IMG/VR virus record: IMGVR_UViG_3300038393_000743
Span: 6,018 to 70,017 of that record
Source: a virus
Taxonomy: Duplodnaviria > Caudoviricetes
Direction: 5' to 3' (one strand)
Length of the DNA: 64,000 nucleotides
Positions 16,298 to 24,399 of the stretch are shown here, piece after piece; the stretch's first letter is position 1; every line of letters begins with the position of its first letter. Under the pieces are notes generated by a model. The model saw nothing but the letters and a program-made list of their open reading frames with translations, made no database searches and was not told where the DNA came from. Position numbers and translations under genes: made by a program.

Positions 16298-16512
16298 TGG
16301 CCAAATATGCGCTCAGCAAGTATTTCGGGCGTGGCCACGGCCACGTCCTGCGTATGCACAAGAGCGAGGTGCTGCTGTTTAGTTGGAACGGCCGGCCGGA
16401 TGGCTCGGCCCGCTATGTCGAGCACGTCAAGCGCTACACCCGCAACGGCAATGAATATCCCAGCCTCGCTGCGCTGCTACGCGCGGTCGAGGCCGAGCAT
16501 CAGGAGGGTTAA
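16297..16512 (+). CDS. Hypothetical protein
   Basis: TGATG overlap, GGAGG RBS; MAKYALSKYFGRGHG... Confidence 0.7.
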   Translation: MAKYALSKYFGRGHGHVLRMHKSEVLLFSWNGRPDGSARYVEHVKRYTRNGNEYPSLAALLRAVEAEHQEG

Positions 16513-16758
16513 GTGCAGCTTCCCCAGATCAACATCAACGGCACCGAGCGGAAAGACCTCCTGCACGACTACATGGCCGCCAGGAGGGCCCTACAGCTGG
16601 CCGTGGAGGCGCTAAGCGCCTGCTCGCCGCATGGGCGGGACTACCAGACCGCCGAGCCCGGCGCCTTCTACGCCGCCCAGCGCGAGCACGCCGACCGCCT
16701 CGTCAAGGTGAGGTCGGTCATGGCCGAGATCGAGACCCTCGCGGAGCATGTCGTATGA
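16513..16758 (+). CDS. Hypothetical protein
   Basis: GTG start after AGGAGG; MQLPQININGTERKDLL... Confidence 0.75.
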   Translation: MQLPQININGTERKDLLHDYMAARRALQLAVEALSACSPHGRDYQTAEPGAFYAAQREHADRLVKVRSVMAEIETLAEHVV

Positions 16759-17108
16759 GCTACATCCGCGTCCTGCCTCGGGATCTGTTCAACGAGGCCA
16801 ACCTGCTGAAGTGCCTGGGCCAGCTCTGGCTGCTGATCGAGGGCGACGACCGGGCCAAGTTCCTGGTCGAGGCGGTCGAGGCATTTGACATCGAGCAGGA
16901 CGAGAACGACGGCTCGCTGTCCGTGGTGAACCTGCCGTTCGCACTGCGCGCCCGGCTCGTCCACCTGTCGCGGCCGCTCAACTCGCGCCAGCCCTGGCCG
17001 CTCTATCTGTCGATCCCCGAGGATCCAGACTTCGACCCGATCGCCGTCTTCAACGACGTCGGCGATCTCTCCGAGGACATGCTGCGCGCAATGGGAGAAA
17101 CGTCATGA
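16755..17108 (+). CDS. Conserved phage hypothetical protein
   Basis: MSYIRVLPRDLFNEANLLKCLG N-terminus recalled from other phage ORFs; ATGA overlap. Confidence 0.75.
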   Translation: MSYIRVLPRDLFNEANLLKCLGQLWLLIEGDDRAKFLVEAVEAFDIEQDENDGSLSVVNLPFALRARLVHLSRPLNSRQPWPLYLSIPEDPDFDPIAVFNDVGDLSEDMLRAMGETS

Positions 17109-17845
17109 TCACCGAACCAAACCTGCCGCCCCGCCGCGGCGCCCAGGTCACCGCCTGCGGCACCCTCGCTCCCGTTTTCGTCCGCAAGGTCGAGCTGTGT
17201 CGGCAATGGACGCTCGATGTCCTGGCCGAGGTCGAGGGCTTCGAGGACGTCTACAGCACCAAGGTCAGCGAGGTCGAGAACCGCTCGCGCGACGGCTTCA
17301 TCGCGTTCACCGACGGCGGCTTCGCCGGCATCGGCACCGCGACCATGGACGCGGCATATGGTTCGGGATGCGTCCCGGAGGCGATCAAGCCGTACCTCGA
17401 TCGCGAGATCAAGGACATCGAGGAGGCCTGGAACGAGAAGCACCCCGAGCATCCGGTGGATTGGATTTACGCCAGCGATGAGCCTCACCCCACTTTGCCG
17501 GGAATCCCGGCGTCGACCGAACGCGAGCACTGGCGCGAGAAATTCTACGACTTCGAGCACGAATCGATGTCGGAGGGCGGCACCTACTTCTACAAGGTGC
17601 GCGTGGTGTTTTATGATCGCTCCAACAGCAGTAACGAGACCGGCGAACCCGAGGCGTTCTTCATGGTCGGCATCAACACCGACTTCGAGTATGGCCGCGA
17701 TTCGATCCCCTGGCTGCGTTGCTACGGCCGGGATCCGCAATGCACCAAGTGGCTGTGGGAGAAGACCGTGAAGATCAAGGATCTCAGCCCGCGGCGAATC
17801 GCCAGCCTGACCCGGCAGGCGATCAAGGCACTGGGTGACGCATGA
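17105..17845 (+). CDS. Hypothetical protein (acidic, 246 aa)
   Basis: Long ORF with RBS and ATGA overlaps. Confidence 0.8.
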   Translation: MITEPNLPPRRGAQVTACGTLAPVFVRKVELCRQWTLDVLAEVEGFEDVYSTKVSEVENRSRDGFIAFTDGGFAGIGTATMDAAYGSGCVPEAIKPYLDREIKDIEEAWNEKHPEHPVDWIYASDEPHPTLPGIPASTEREHWREKFYDFEHESMSEGGTYFYKVRVVFYDRSNSSNETGEPEAFFMVGINTDFEYGRDSIPWLRCYGRDPQCTKWLWEKTVKIKDLSPRRIASLTRQAIKALGDA

Positions 17846-18054
17846 GGCTGCCGTCGCTGTCGATCGACCTGCTCAACCGGATCTATGCCTGCTCGGAGAT
17901 TCCGTGGGCGCAGATCGTCAAGGAAGGCGACCGCACCGAGCGCGCGGCGCGGCATCTGGTCTATCTCGGCCTGATCCACGTCTGGCCGCCGCGCCGCGAG
18001 GTGACACTGACCGCCGCCGGCCGCGGCGAGCTGTATCGGCGCCGCCGCTGGTAA
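17842..18054 (+). CDS. Hypothetical protein (wHTH-like)
   Basis: AARHLVYLGLI...VTLTAAGRGEL; ATGA overlap. Confidence 0.65.
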   Translation: MRLPSLSIDLLNRIYACSEIPWAQIVKEGDRTERAARHLVYLGLIHVWPPRREVTLTAAGRGELYRRRRW

Positions 18055-18115
18055 ACATGTGCTTGACCGCTCGGCCCGGATATGAGACAACATCCGGGTC
18101 GAGCCATCAGGGCTC
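18051..18115 (+). promoter_or_regulatory. Promoter cassette E
   Basis: GTAAAC-ATGTG-CTTGAC (18051-18067); TTGACC-N17-GACAAC; GAGCC-ATCAG-GGCTC (18101-18115); GGAG RBS. Confidence 0.85.
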
Positions 18116-18130
18116 TGGAGCATCGCCACC

Positions 18131-18298
18131 ATGACCGCCACCCGATTTATTGTGAAGTCCATCCGCGCTGCCGGCACCGGCCCCGAGCGCGACCAGCGCG
18201 GCGACCTGTTTGGCTCGCGCAAGGAGGCCGAGGCCGCCGCGCTGGCACGCAACTGCAAGCCGTTCACCCCCTTCTTCTGGTTCGTGGTGGAGGCCTGA
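18131..18298 (+). CDS. Hypothetical protein (55 aa, not in ORF track)
   Basis: Manual translation MTATRFIVKSIRAAGTGPERDQRGDLFGSRKEAEAAALARNCKPFTPFFWFVVEA; first gene after cassette E. Confidence 0.7.
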   Translation: MTATRFIVKSIRAAGTGPERDQRGDLFGSRKEAEAAALARNCKPFTPFFWFVVEA

Positions 18299-18301
18299 GC
18301 C

Positions 18302-18499
18302 ATGATCCGCATCGGCACCAGCTACTTCGTCGATCGTCAGGCCGCCGAGCGCTATTACGGCAGCTACGGCGACGTCGGCATCGACGTCACCAACAAGATC
18401 CTCGCCGGCGAGATCAGGCTCGGCAAGCCGCCGGTGAATCCGGGCCAGCGCCTGGAGATCATCGACAACGGCACCCGCTACGCGATCGTGGAGGGCTGA
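18302..18499 (+). CDS. Hypothetical protein
   Basis: 65 aa, GGAGG RBS. Confidence 0.7.
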   Translation: MIRIGTSYFVDRQAAERYYGSYGDVGIDVTNKILAGEIRLGKPPVNPGQRLEIIDNGTRYAIVEG

Positions 18500-18500
18500 C

Positions 18501-18773
18501 ATGAGCATCATGGACCGCCTGATCGACCAGGAGACCGGCGAGATCGATGGTCTCGCCCTGATCGAGGTCGCCGACCTGATCGCCCAGCGCGACTGGGGCG
18601 GGCCGCTGCCGCCGCCGGCCTACATCCGGCAGGCGGTGTCGGGCGTCCACGACCGCGCCCGCGACCTGCGCCGGGCATGGCGCCGGGCTCGCGGCCTGCC
18701 CGACGACACGCCAATCACCATGACGGAGCTGCCCGCCTGGGGCGCCTCCGGAGACAGCTACGGGAGAGCCTGA
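18501..18773 (+). CDS. Hypothetical protein
   Basis: 90 aa, GGAGG RBS. Confidence 0.7.
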   Translation: MSIMDRLIDQETGEIDGLALIEVADLIAQRDWGGPLPPPAYIRQAVSGVHDRARDLRRAWRRARGLPDDTPITMTELPAWGASGDSYGRA

Positions 18774-18976
18774 TGATCGTATTGGCTGCAGAGCAGGGAC
18801 GGGTGGCGCGCCGCAGCGGCTTCGTCGAGGGCATCGACTTTATCGCCTATGAGCAGGTGCCGCTCGGCCCGTATGATCTGGTCTATGATCAGGGATCCGG
18901 GCGCTGGGTCGATCGCCGCACCACCGACGGCGAGATCCTGGCGGTCGACGGCAGGAACGCAAGGAGGGCGCCGTGA
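18773..18976 (+). CDS. Hypothetical protein
   Basis: TGATG overlap. Confidence 0.6.
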   Translation: MIVLAAEQGRVARRSGFVEGIDFIAYEQVPLGPYDLVYDQGSGRWVDRRTTDGEILAVDGRNARRAP

Positions 18977-19215
18977 CCAAGCACGAGCAGGCCAAGCTAC
19001 TGGAGGCCATCCTCGATAACATGAAGGCCGCGATGATGGCCAAGGTCGATCGCTTCCCAGAAAATTGGGACGGAATCGAGATCCGGCAATATCTCGCCGA
19101 CCACGGAATCGAGATCCGGCAATATCTCGCCGACCAGTTCGCCCTGGAGGCGCGGCCGATGCATCGCAAGCGGCTGCGTAATTACCGCAACGACGTGATA
19201 ACGAGGCCACTATGA
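18973..19215 (+). CDS. Hypothetical protein with an internal 11-aa duplication
   Basis: GIEIRQYLAD occurs twice; GTGA overlap. Confidence 0.7.
   Translation: MTKHEQAKLLEAILDNMKAAMMAKVDRFPENWDGIEIRQYLADHGIEIRQYLADQFALEARPMHRKRLRNYRNDVITRPL
19070..19135 (+). repeat. Perfect 33-bp tandem duplication
   Basis: ACGGAATCGAGATCCGGCAATATCTCGCCGACC x2 (19070-19102, 19103-19135). Confidence 0.95.
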
Positions 19216-19466
19216 TGACGCGCGGCGCACGAATCGGATGGGAAATCACCGCCCGCGATCACGACTGGATCGACGAGGGCGCGGCATGGCAATGGGAGAT
19301 GCCGGCCAAGGCGGCGCCGTTCTGGCGGCGCTGGGGCATCCGGCATGTGCGGGCCTTCGGTGTCGAGCTGTGGGCGTGGCTGACGTTCATGCCGACCGAG
19401 CCGGAATGGCGCGCGCTGTGGCGCGCCGAGTGGGTGGCGTACGCGATTCGCCGCGGGTGGTGCTGA
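19212..19466 (+). CDS. Trp-rich hypothetical protein
   Basis: 84 aa with PAKAAPFWRRWGIRHVRA segment. Confidence 0.65.
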   Translation: MMTRGARIGWEITARDHDWIDEGAAWQWEMPAKAAPFWRRWGIRHVRAFGVELWAWLTFMPTEPEWRALWRAEWVAYAIRRGWC

Positions 19467-19747
19467 TGCAGTCCGCAGAATTGAAGCAGCTGCGCCAGCG
19501 CCTCGGCCTCGACCGGCTGCAGTTCGCGCGTCTGATCGGCTACACCGGCACCGACCGCAATGACGAGATGCGGATCCGGAAATACGAGACCAGTGTGCAG
19601 CCGCCGCTGCACATCGCGCGGTTCGCGTGGCTGATCGAGGACTTCAAGGATCAGCACGGCTGCTTGCCTCCGTTCCCGTTGTGGGAGAATTACGAGTTCA
19701 GCCACGAGCCGGATCCGCAGCATCAGAAGGAGCCCGATAATGTCTAA
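19466..19747 (+). CDS. XRE-family HTH protein
   Basis: ELKQLRQRLGLDRLQFARLIGY...RIRKYET. Confidence 0.75.
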   Translation: MQSAELKQLRQRLGLDRLQFARLIGYTGTDRNDEMRIRKYETSVQPPLHIARFAWLIEDFKDQHGCLPPFPLWENYEFSHEPDPQHQKEPDNV

Positions 19748-19994
19748 GACCATGTCCGAGATGATGGTCGATGCCCAGATGGTTCAGTTCGAGCGCTTCG
19801 ACGACCACGTCCGTCCGCTCCTGGAGGACGGTGCCAAGACGCTCGATCCGGAGATCGCGCCACTGGCGTCTCTCGCCATCAGCCTGAAGCGAATCGCCGA
19901 CTTCATCTGCGGCGGCAAGGACAGCGAGGGCACCGAGCGCATGGACGTCGTCGCCTATATCGGCCGCGAGATCGAAAATGTCGCAAAGCGCTGA
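19740..19994 (+). CDS. Hypothetical protein
   Basis: AAGGAG RBS; 84 aa. Confidence 0.7.
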   Translation: MSKTMSEMMVDAQMVQFERFDDHVRPLLEDGAKTLDPEIAPLASLAISLKRIADFICGGKDSEGTERMDVVAYIGREIENVAKR

Positions 19995-20196
19995 GCAATT
20001 TCAGGCCTATGCCCACGTCAACAATGGCGAGTATCAGTATTGGAACCGCGTCGGCGAGCCCCAAGGAAGCGAAGCGCTGGCGTGGCGCGAGGTCCACAAC
20101 GTGGGGATCCAGTTCTGGCCCGAGAACGCACCGCGTCGGAGATTGTTCGAGAGCAGGTGCAAGGTCGAGAAGTTGCACCGGATCCCAATCGGGTAA
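19978..20196 (+). CDS. Hypothetical protein
   Basis: 72 aa, overlaps upstream gene. Confidence 0.6.
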   Translation: MSQSAEQFQAYAHVNNGEYQYWNRVGEPQGSEALAWREVHNVGIQFWPENAPRRRLFESRCKVEKLHRIPIG

Positions 20197-20387
20197 AGCT
20201 CTACGCCGGGCGTTGTGAAGGCGGCCCGCACCACGGCCGTCCGCTCTATCACGGGCTGCCCGTGTTCAGGCTGGTACGACACAAGGCCAGCGGGAAGTAT
20301 ATCTCGTGGGCGGGGCCGGTGACGGCCGAGATCGAGATCGAGCACTATCGCCACCAGGACGGCCGGTGGGTTTGGGAAGGAAGATGA
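20157..20387 (+). CDS. Hypothetical protein (start uncertain)
   Basis: CEGGPHHGRPLYH motif; GTG at 20157 is my best guess at the start. Confidence 0.45.
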   Translation: MQGREVAPDPNRVKLYAGRCEGGPHHGRPLYHGLPVFRLVRHKASGKYISWAGPVTAEIEIEHYRHQDGRWVWEGR

Positions 20388-21040
20388 TTATGGGCGAGCA
20401 TCACGACGGATCCGCTGCCACCGTGGATGCGGAAGCCATCCACCAGAAGATTTATCGCCGCGTCTACGATGCGGTGAAGCATATCCTTGGCGAACAACAT
20501 CTGACCGGCACGATTTGGCTCGCCACACAACAGGCCGCCGAGGATATTGCAGCCGGCATCACGGCTCCTGCCCAAAGTGTAGCGCACCCTGCGCGCGAGA
20601 CAATTTACGCTGCGGCCAAGGAGGGAAACCTCCAATACTGGCGCGATAGTGCGCGCCAACGCGCTGCCTTTGACGCATGGGTCGCTGGGGGCTGCGAAGG
20701 TGATTGCCCGCAGGAATGTGGCGGTTCGATAGTCGATTACATCACGAACGCTGTGCATGCTGCCATCGCCACCCAACCGCCGGCCGCTCCGGTCGATACC
20801 AGCGCGCGTTCGGATGGCAAGACGATCGGCGAGTTCTACGGCGACCCAGGCGCTCGGTCCTCTGCCGGGACTGCGGAAGTGTTGATCGAGCGCTTGGTTC
20901 AAGCTGCCGTGGAGTATGAGAACAACTGCGACAGGTTGGTCGCAAAGACTATCCGCATCGAACTCGAAAAGGCCAAGCAGGCGATCCGCGACGCCATCGG
21001 CGCAACACCGCAGCAATCTGCCGAAAAGGAACCGGCGTGA
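20384..21040 (+). CDS. Hypothetical protein (mosaic, lower GC)
   Basis: ATGA overlap; 218 aa. Confidence 0.6.
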   Translation: MIMGEHHDGSAATVDAEAIHQKIYRRVYDAVKHILGEQHLTGTIWLATQQAAEDIAAGITAPAQSVAHPARETIYAAAKEGNLQYWRDSARQRAAFDAWVAGGCEGDCPQECGGSIVDYITNAVHAAIATQPPAAPVDTSARSDGKTIGEFYGDPGARSSAGTAEVLIERLVQAAVEYENNCDRLVAKTIRIELEKAKQAIRDAIGATPQQSAEKEPA

Positions 21041-21348
21041 TGCCCATCGTGACCGGAAAGCCGCTCTCTCTCGCCAAGCTGCGAGAGATGGACAACGCAT
21101 TACACCGCCTCCGCCGCCATCCCAACGACGGACCTATGATTGACCGGTTCGGTTACGACCACGGCAATACCCTGATCTACGACACGTCAGGGGCGTGCGA
21201 TCTGCTCATTGAGAACACCACGGACGTGAAGCGCGATTGCGCTCGCCTTCTCTTGCACTGCTCACCGGCTCAAATGCGCGAACTGTGGCGCGGCTACATG
21301 CTCGCCAAAGAAGCCGGGCTACTCGACCAACCCTTAAAGGTTCAATGA
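21037..21348 (+). CDS. Hypothetical protein
   Basis: GTGA overlap; 103 aa. Confidence 0.6.
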   Translation: MMPIVTGKPLSLAKLREMDNALHRLRRHPNDGPMIDRFGYDHGNTLIYDTSGACDLLIENTTDVKRDCARLLLHCSPAQMRELWRGYMLAKEAGLLDQPLKVQ

Positions 21349-21665
21349 TGACCAACATCGAACTGCTGCTGAAACTGGCTGACATGATCGAGAAAGGCAA
21401 ATGCGGCGACCTGTGGGACATCAACGACGTATCTGAGGAAGATCACGCGCGGCTGCCAACGCTCTTGCGCACCCTCGCTGAACCGCAGACAGCGCCAAAG
21501 ACGATTGATGACGCGGCGGGCAAGGTCGAGCGGATAGCGCGAATGATGCGAAAGTGCCTTCCGCATATCCCGTTCTGCGATCCCGACATCAAGGACTTAG
21601 AGCAGGCGGCTGCGACACTCCGCTCACTTTCACTCTCGCGCCCACACGAGGGAGGTCGATCGTGA
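21345..21665 (+). CDS. Hypothetical protein
   Basis: ATGA overlap; MMTNIELLLKLADMIEKG... Confidence 0.6.
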   Translation: MMTNIELLLKLADMIEKGKCGDLWDINDVSEEDHARLPTLLRTLAEPQTAPKTIDDAAGKVERIARMMRKCLPHIPFCDPDIKDLEQAAATLRSLSLSRPHEGGRS

Positions 21666-21751
21666 TTCCAATCGTCTTCTTCGCTGTCGTCGTTGCCGTC
21701 TTTCTCTTCGGCCTCCTGGCGTTCATTGCCTGGGTTCTCAAGCACGCTTGA
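21662..21751 (+). CDS. Single-TM micro-protein (29 aa)
   Basis: GGAGG RBS, GTGA overlap; MIPIVFFAVVVAVFLFGLLAFIAWVLKHA. Confidence 0.6.
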   Translation: MIPIVFFAVVVAVFLFGLLAFIAWVLKHA

Positions 21752-21765
21752 CCCGTTGATAGGTC

Positions 21766-21806
21766 GTAAACTGGTGGTTGATTTAGTATCGGCGTAAACC
21801 TATGTT
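21766..21806 (+). promoter_or_regulatory. Promoter F with operator-like site, at the start of the late region
   Basis: GTAAAC-TGGTG-GTTGAT (21766-21782); TTGATT-N17-TATGTT (21778-21806). Confidence 0.65.
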
Positions 21807-21927
21807 GCCGAGATCGGGCTGCGGGTTCTCGTGCCTCACGAGATACAATCCCCAGCTCTTGATGCGGCGGCCGGTGTTGGTGATGCTCCACCGGCCGCTT
21901 GCCTCTCTACAGAATGGAGATGAAGGC

Positions 21928-22491
21928 GTGAGCATTCCGCTTGAAGATTGGAGGGACATACCTCCGCTTCTGGGCTATCAGGCCTCGTCTCTCGGGCGCA
22001 TTAGATCTGTCGATCGGATGCTCCCATTCCGGACAAGATGGGGCTATCTCGTTGAGAGACTTCACCATGGTCGCATTCTTTGCCTGCAAAGTGATGGTGA
22101 TGGGTACCTCTATTTTGAGGCCGAAGGTGGAGTTAGATGGCGTGTAAGCCGCGCTGTTTGCTGGGCCTTTCATGGCAAGCCTCCGTCAGATAAGCATCAT
22201 GCGGCGCACCTTGATGGGAAGGTCTTACGTAACCTCCCGTATAATCTGCAGTGGTCCACTCCCGAGGAAAATGAGGATCACAAAGTAGTGCACGGGACTG
22301 CCGCCATCGGGTCGCGGCATGGTAAATCCAGGTTGGATGAAGCTGCGGTCTCGGACATCCTCCGAAGATATTCGGAGGGGTGCTGTGTGGATGTCTCTCC
22401 GTATCGAGCTGCAGCATCGGCGCGCGCGAAAGAAAATCAGCACCAAAATTTAATTCAAAACAGAGGTGAACATGGCAATAGACCAAGCTAG
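21928..22491 (+). CDS. NUMOD4-HNH homing endonuclease
   Basis: EDWRDIP...YQASSLGRIRS (NUMOD4); VSRAVCWAFHG...AAHLDG...NLQWSTPEEN (HNH_3). Confidence 0.88.
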   Translation: MSIPLEDWRDIPPLLGYQASSLGRIRSVDRMLPFRTRWGYLVERLHHGRILCLQSDGDGYLYFEAEGGVRWRVSRAVCWAFHGKPPSDKHHAAHLDGKVLRNLPYNLQWSTPEENEDHKVVHGTAAIGSRHGKSRLDEAAVSDILRRYSEGCCVDVSPYRAAASARAKENQHQNLIQNRGEHGNRPS

Positions 22492-22756
22492 GTCCGACAC
22501 CTCTCGCGGCATCCACCACGAGCCCGACCAAACCTATCCCGAGACCGTGGTGATCCGGCTCACCTGGATTGTCGACGGCCATATCCGCATCCGCACCGAA
22601 GAGATCAGCGCCGATCAGTTCTTCGGGCTCGGTAATTACGGCGCGCCGATCGAGGGCGCCGCGCTGATCAGCCGGATCGAGAACATGCGCCGCGCCGGTC
22701 CGCCGGTGGTCGAGCAGAAAGGAAAGAAGCATGCCGTCCGCAAAGGCCGCCGCTAA
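22472..22756 (+). CDS. Hypothetical protein
   Basis: GAGGTG RBS; 94 aa. Confidence 0.65.
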   Translation: MAIDQARSDTSRGIHHEPDQTYPETVVIRLTWIVDGHIRIRTEEISADQFFGLGNYGAPIEGAALISRIENMRRAGPPVVEQKGKKHAVRKGRR

Positions 22757-23294
22757 CGGGATGAAGATCGAGGAATGGGCGATCGGGCGCGTGACGCCCT
22801 ATGCCGCCAATGCGAAGCGCCATCCCCCGGCGCAGGTGCTCAAGATCATCGCCTCGATCAACCAGTTCGGCTTCGTCAACCCGATCCTGGTCGATCGCGC
22901 TGGCGTCGTGGTCGCCGGCCATGGCAGGCTCGCAGCTGCGATGGAAATGGGCCTGAAGAAAGTTCCGGTGATCAAGCTCGGCGACCTCACCGAGGATCAG
23001 GCCAAGGCGCTGCGAATCGCCGACAACTCGATTGCGGAATCCGGCGCCTCCTGGGATCCCGACATGCTCGAAGCCGAGCTGGCCTCCTTGCGCGCGGTGA
23101 AGTTCGATCTGGAGCCGCTCGGGCTCGACACCATCGAGTTGCCGGACCTGGAGGAGATCCCGAGCGCGCCGCCGCCGCGGCCGACGCGCAACAAGACCAC
23201 GATCTTCCTGTCGGTGAAGAGCGCCGACGCGGAGAAGGCGCGCAAGACCGTCGCGGCCGCGCTGACGAAGGCCAAGATCGAGCACAACCTCTAA
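22731..23294 (+). CDS. ParB/Sulfiredoxin N-terminal domain protein
   Basis: TPYAANAKRHP...IASINQFGFVNPILVD...VVAGHGRLAAA...ALRIADN. Confidence 0.9.
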   Translation: MPSAKAAANGMKIEEWAIGRVTPYAANAKRHPPAQVLKIIASINQFGFVNPILVDRAGVVVAGHGRLAAAMEMGLKKVPVIKLGDLTEDQAKALRIADNSIAESGASWDPDMLEAELASLRAVKFDLEPLGLDTIELPDLEEIPSAPPPRPTRNKTTIFLSVKSADAEKARKTVAAALTKAKIEHNL

Positions 23295-23311
23295 CTCCAG
23301 CGGAGCATCAC

Positions 23312-23605
23312 ATGTCCGGCCCGGATGAAGCTGAAGACCAAGTCCATGTCATCCCGTTGCCGGATCCGCCGGAGGCTGGCACCTATGCGATGGTCAGCGT
23401 GCTCCAGCAGATCATGCATGGGGTGGCGCAATCGATCCCGTTCGAGTTTCATCCGGCTGATCTTATGTCCGCGCATCTCAAGGCGGCCTTTGATCTCACG
23501 GTCCTGAACACGACCATGGGCCCTCAGCTGGCGCGCGACAATCTGGTCAAGGGGCTCGATGCCCTGCTCGGAGATGCCATCGAATCGAAGCGGAGGTCGA
23601 ATTGA
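23312..23605 (+). CDS. Hypothetical protein
   Basis: GGAGCATCACATG start context; MSGPDEAEDQVHVIPL... Confidence 0.7.
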   Translation: MSGPDEAEDQVHVIPLPDPPEAGTYAMVSVLQQIMHGVAQSIPFEFHPADLMSAHLKAAFDLTVLNTTMGPQLARDNLVKGLDALLGDAIESKRRSN

Positions 23606-23964
23606 CCGAGCCCGTCATCACCATCAATGGCCGCACGTTGATCCCGGCGCAGGTGAAAGCCGTTCGCGGCGCCCTGCTCCTCGCCGATGGCGCGATCGAC
23701 GCGATTTACGACGCCGACCGGCTTACCGAGGTGATCGCGATGCTGTCGGCGCCGACCACTGAACGCGCCCAGCAGGAGCGCGTGCTCAGCGCCATCAACA
23801 AGCCGCGCCGCGACCGCATCCTGCAGCTCGCCGGCATTGCCCCTGAAACCGCCTCCGCGCGTGCCCTGGCGCTCGCCGAGGGCTATGCTGCCCAGACCGG
23901 GGTGGCGGTCGACGAAGCCTCCACGCGCCTCCGCAGGGCGCTGGACGCCCAGTCTGGAAACTAG
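23602..23964 (+). CDS. Hypothetical protein
   Basis: TTG start, GGAGG RBS, TTGA overlap. Confidence 0.65.
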   Translation: MTEPVITINGRTLIPAQVKAVRGALLLADGAIDAIYDADRLTEVIAMLSAPTTERAQQERVLSAINKPRRDRILQLAGIAPETASARALALAEGYAAQTGVAVDEASTRLRRALDAQSGN

Positions 23965-23967
23965 GCC

Positions 23968-24120
23968 ATGGATGCGGCGTCGGTCTTCGTCCTTGTGCTG
24001 GTTGGCCAGTTCATGATCGGCTCTGTCCTGGCGCTGTGCGGCTGGTTCTGGTTCGGGCTCGCCCTGATCGTGCTGGCGCCGGCGCTGTTCCTCTACGTCG
24101 CGGTGGGGCTGAAGTACTGA
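23968..24120 (+). CDS. Small hydrophobic membrane protein (50 aa, not in ORF track)
   Basis: Manual translation MDAASVFVLVLVGQFMIGSVLALCGWFWFGLALIVLAPALFLYVAVGLKY. Confidence 0.55.
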   Translation: MDAASVFVLVLVGQFMIGSVLALCGWFWFGLALIVLAPALFLYVAVGLKY

Positions 24121-24362
24121 TGCCGAAGATGGTCACCATCCACTACAAATGCTCCTGCATGCAGGACGAGGGCTCGTTCGAGATGCCGGCCCGGCGCTTC
24201 AATGAGGACACGGCCGACTTCATCGCGCGGCTGCAGAAGTGGCTGGGGGAGGATCATTCCCAGCGCTCGCCGTTCTGCCGCGCCGCCAAGACCGAATACG
24301 TTAAGATCCCGACCCTCGGCGAGGACAGGCCGATCGGCTCCAGCAAGGAGGATCTGAACTGA
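24120..24362 (+). CDS. Hypothetical protein (Cys/His-containing)
   Basis: TGATG overlap; YKCSCM...DHSQRSPFC. Confidence 0.65.
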   Translation: MPKMVTIHYKCSCMQDEGSFEMPARRFNEDTADFIARLQKWLGEDHSQRSPFCRAAKTEYVKIPTLGEDRPIGSSKEDLN

Positions 24363-24399
24363 TGAAGCATGCTCGCGCCGTCAAGAGCCGGTTAGCCCG

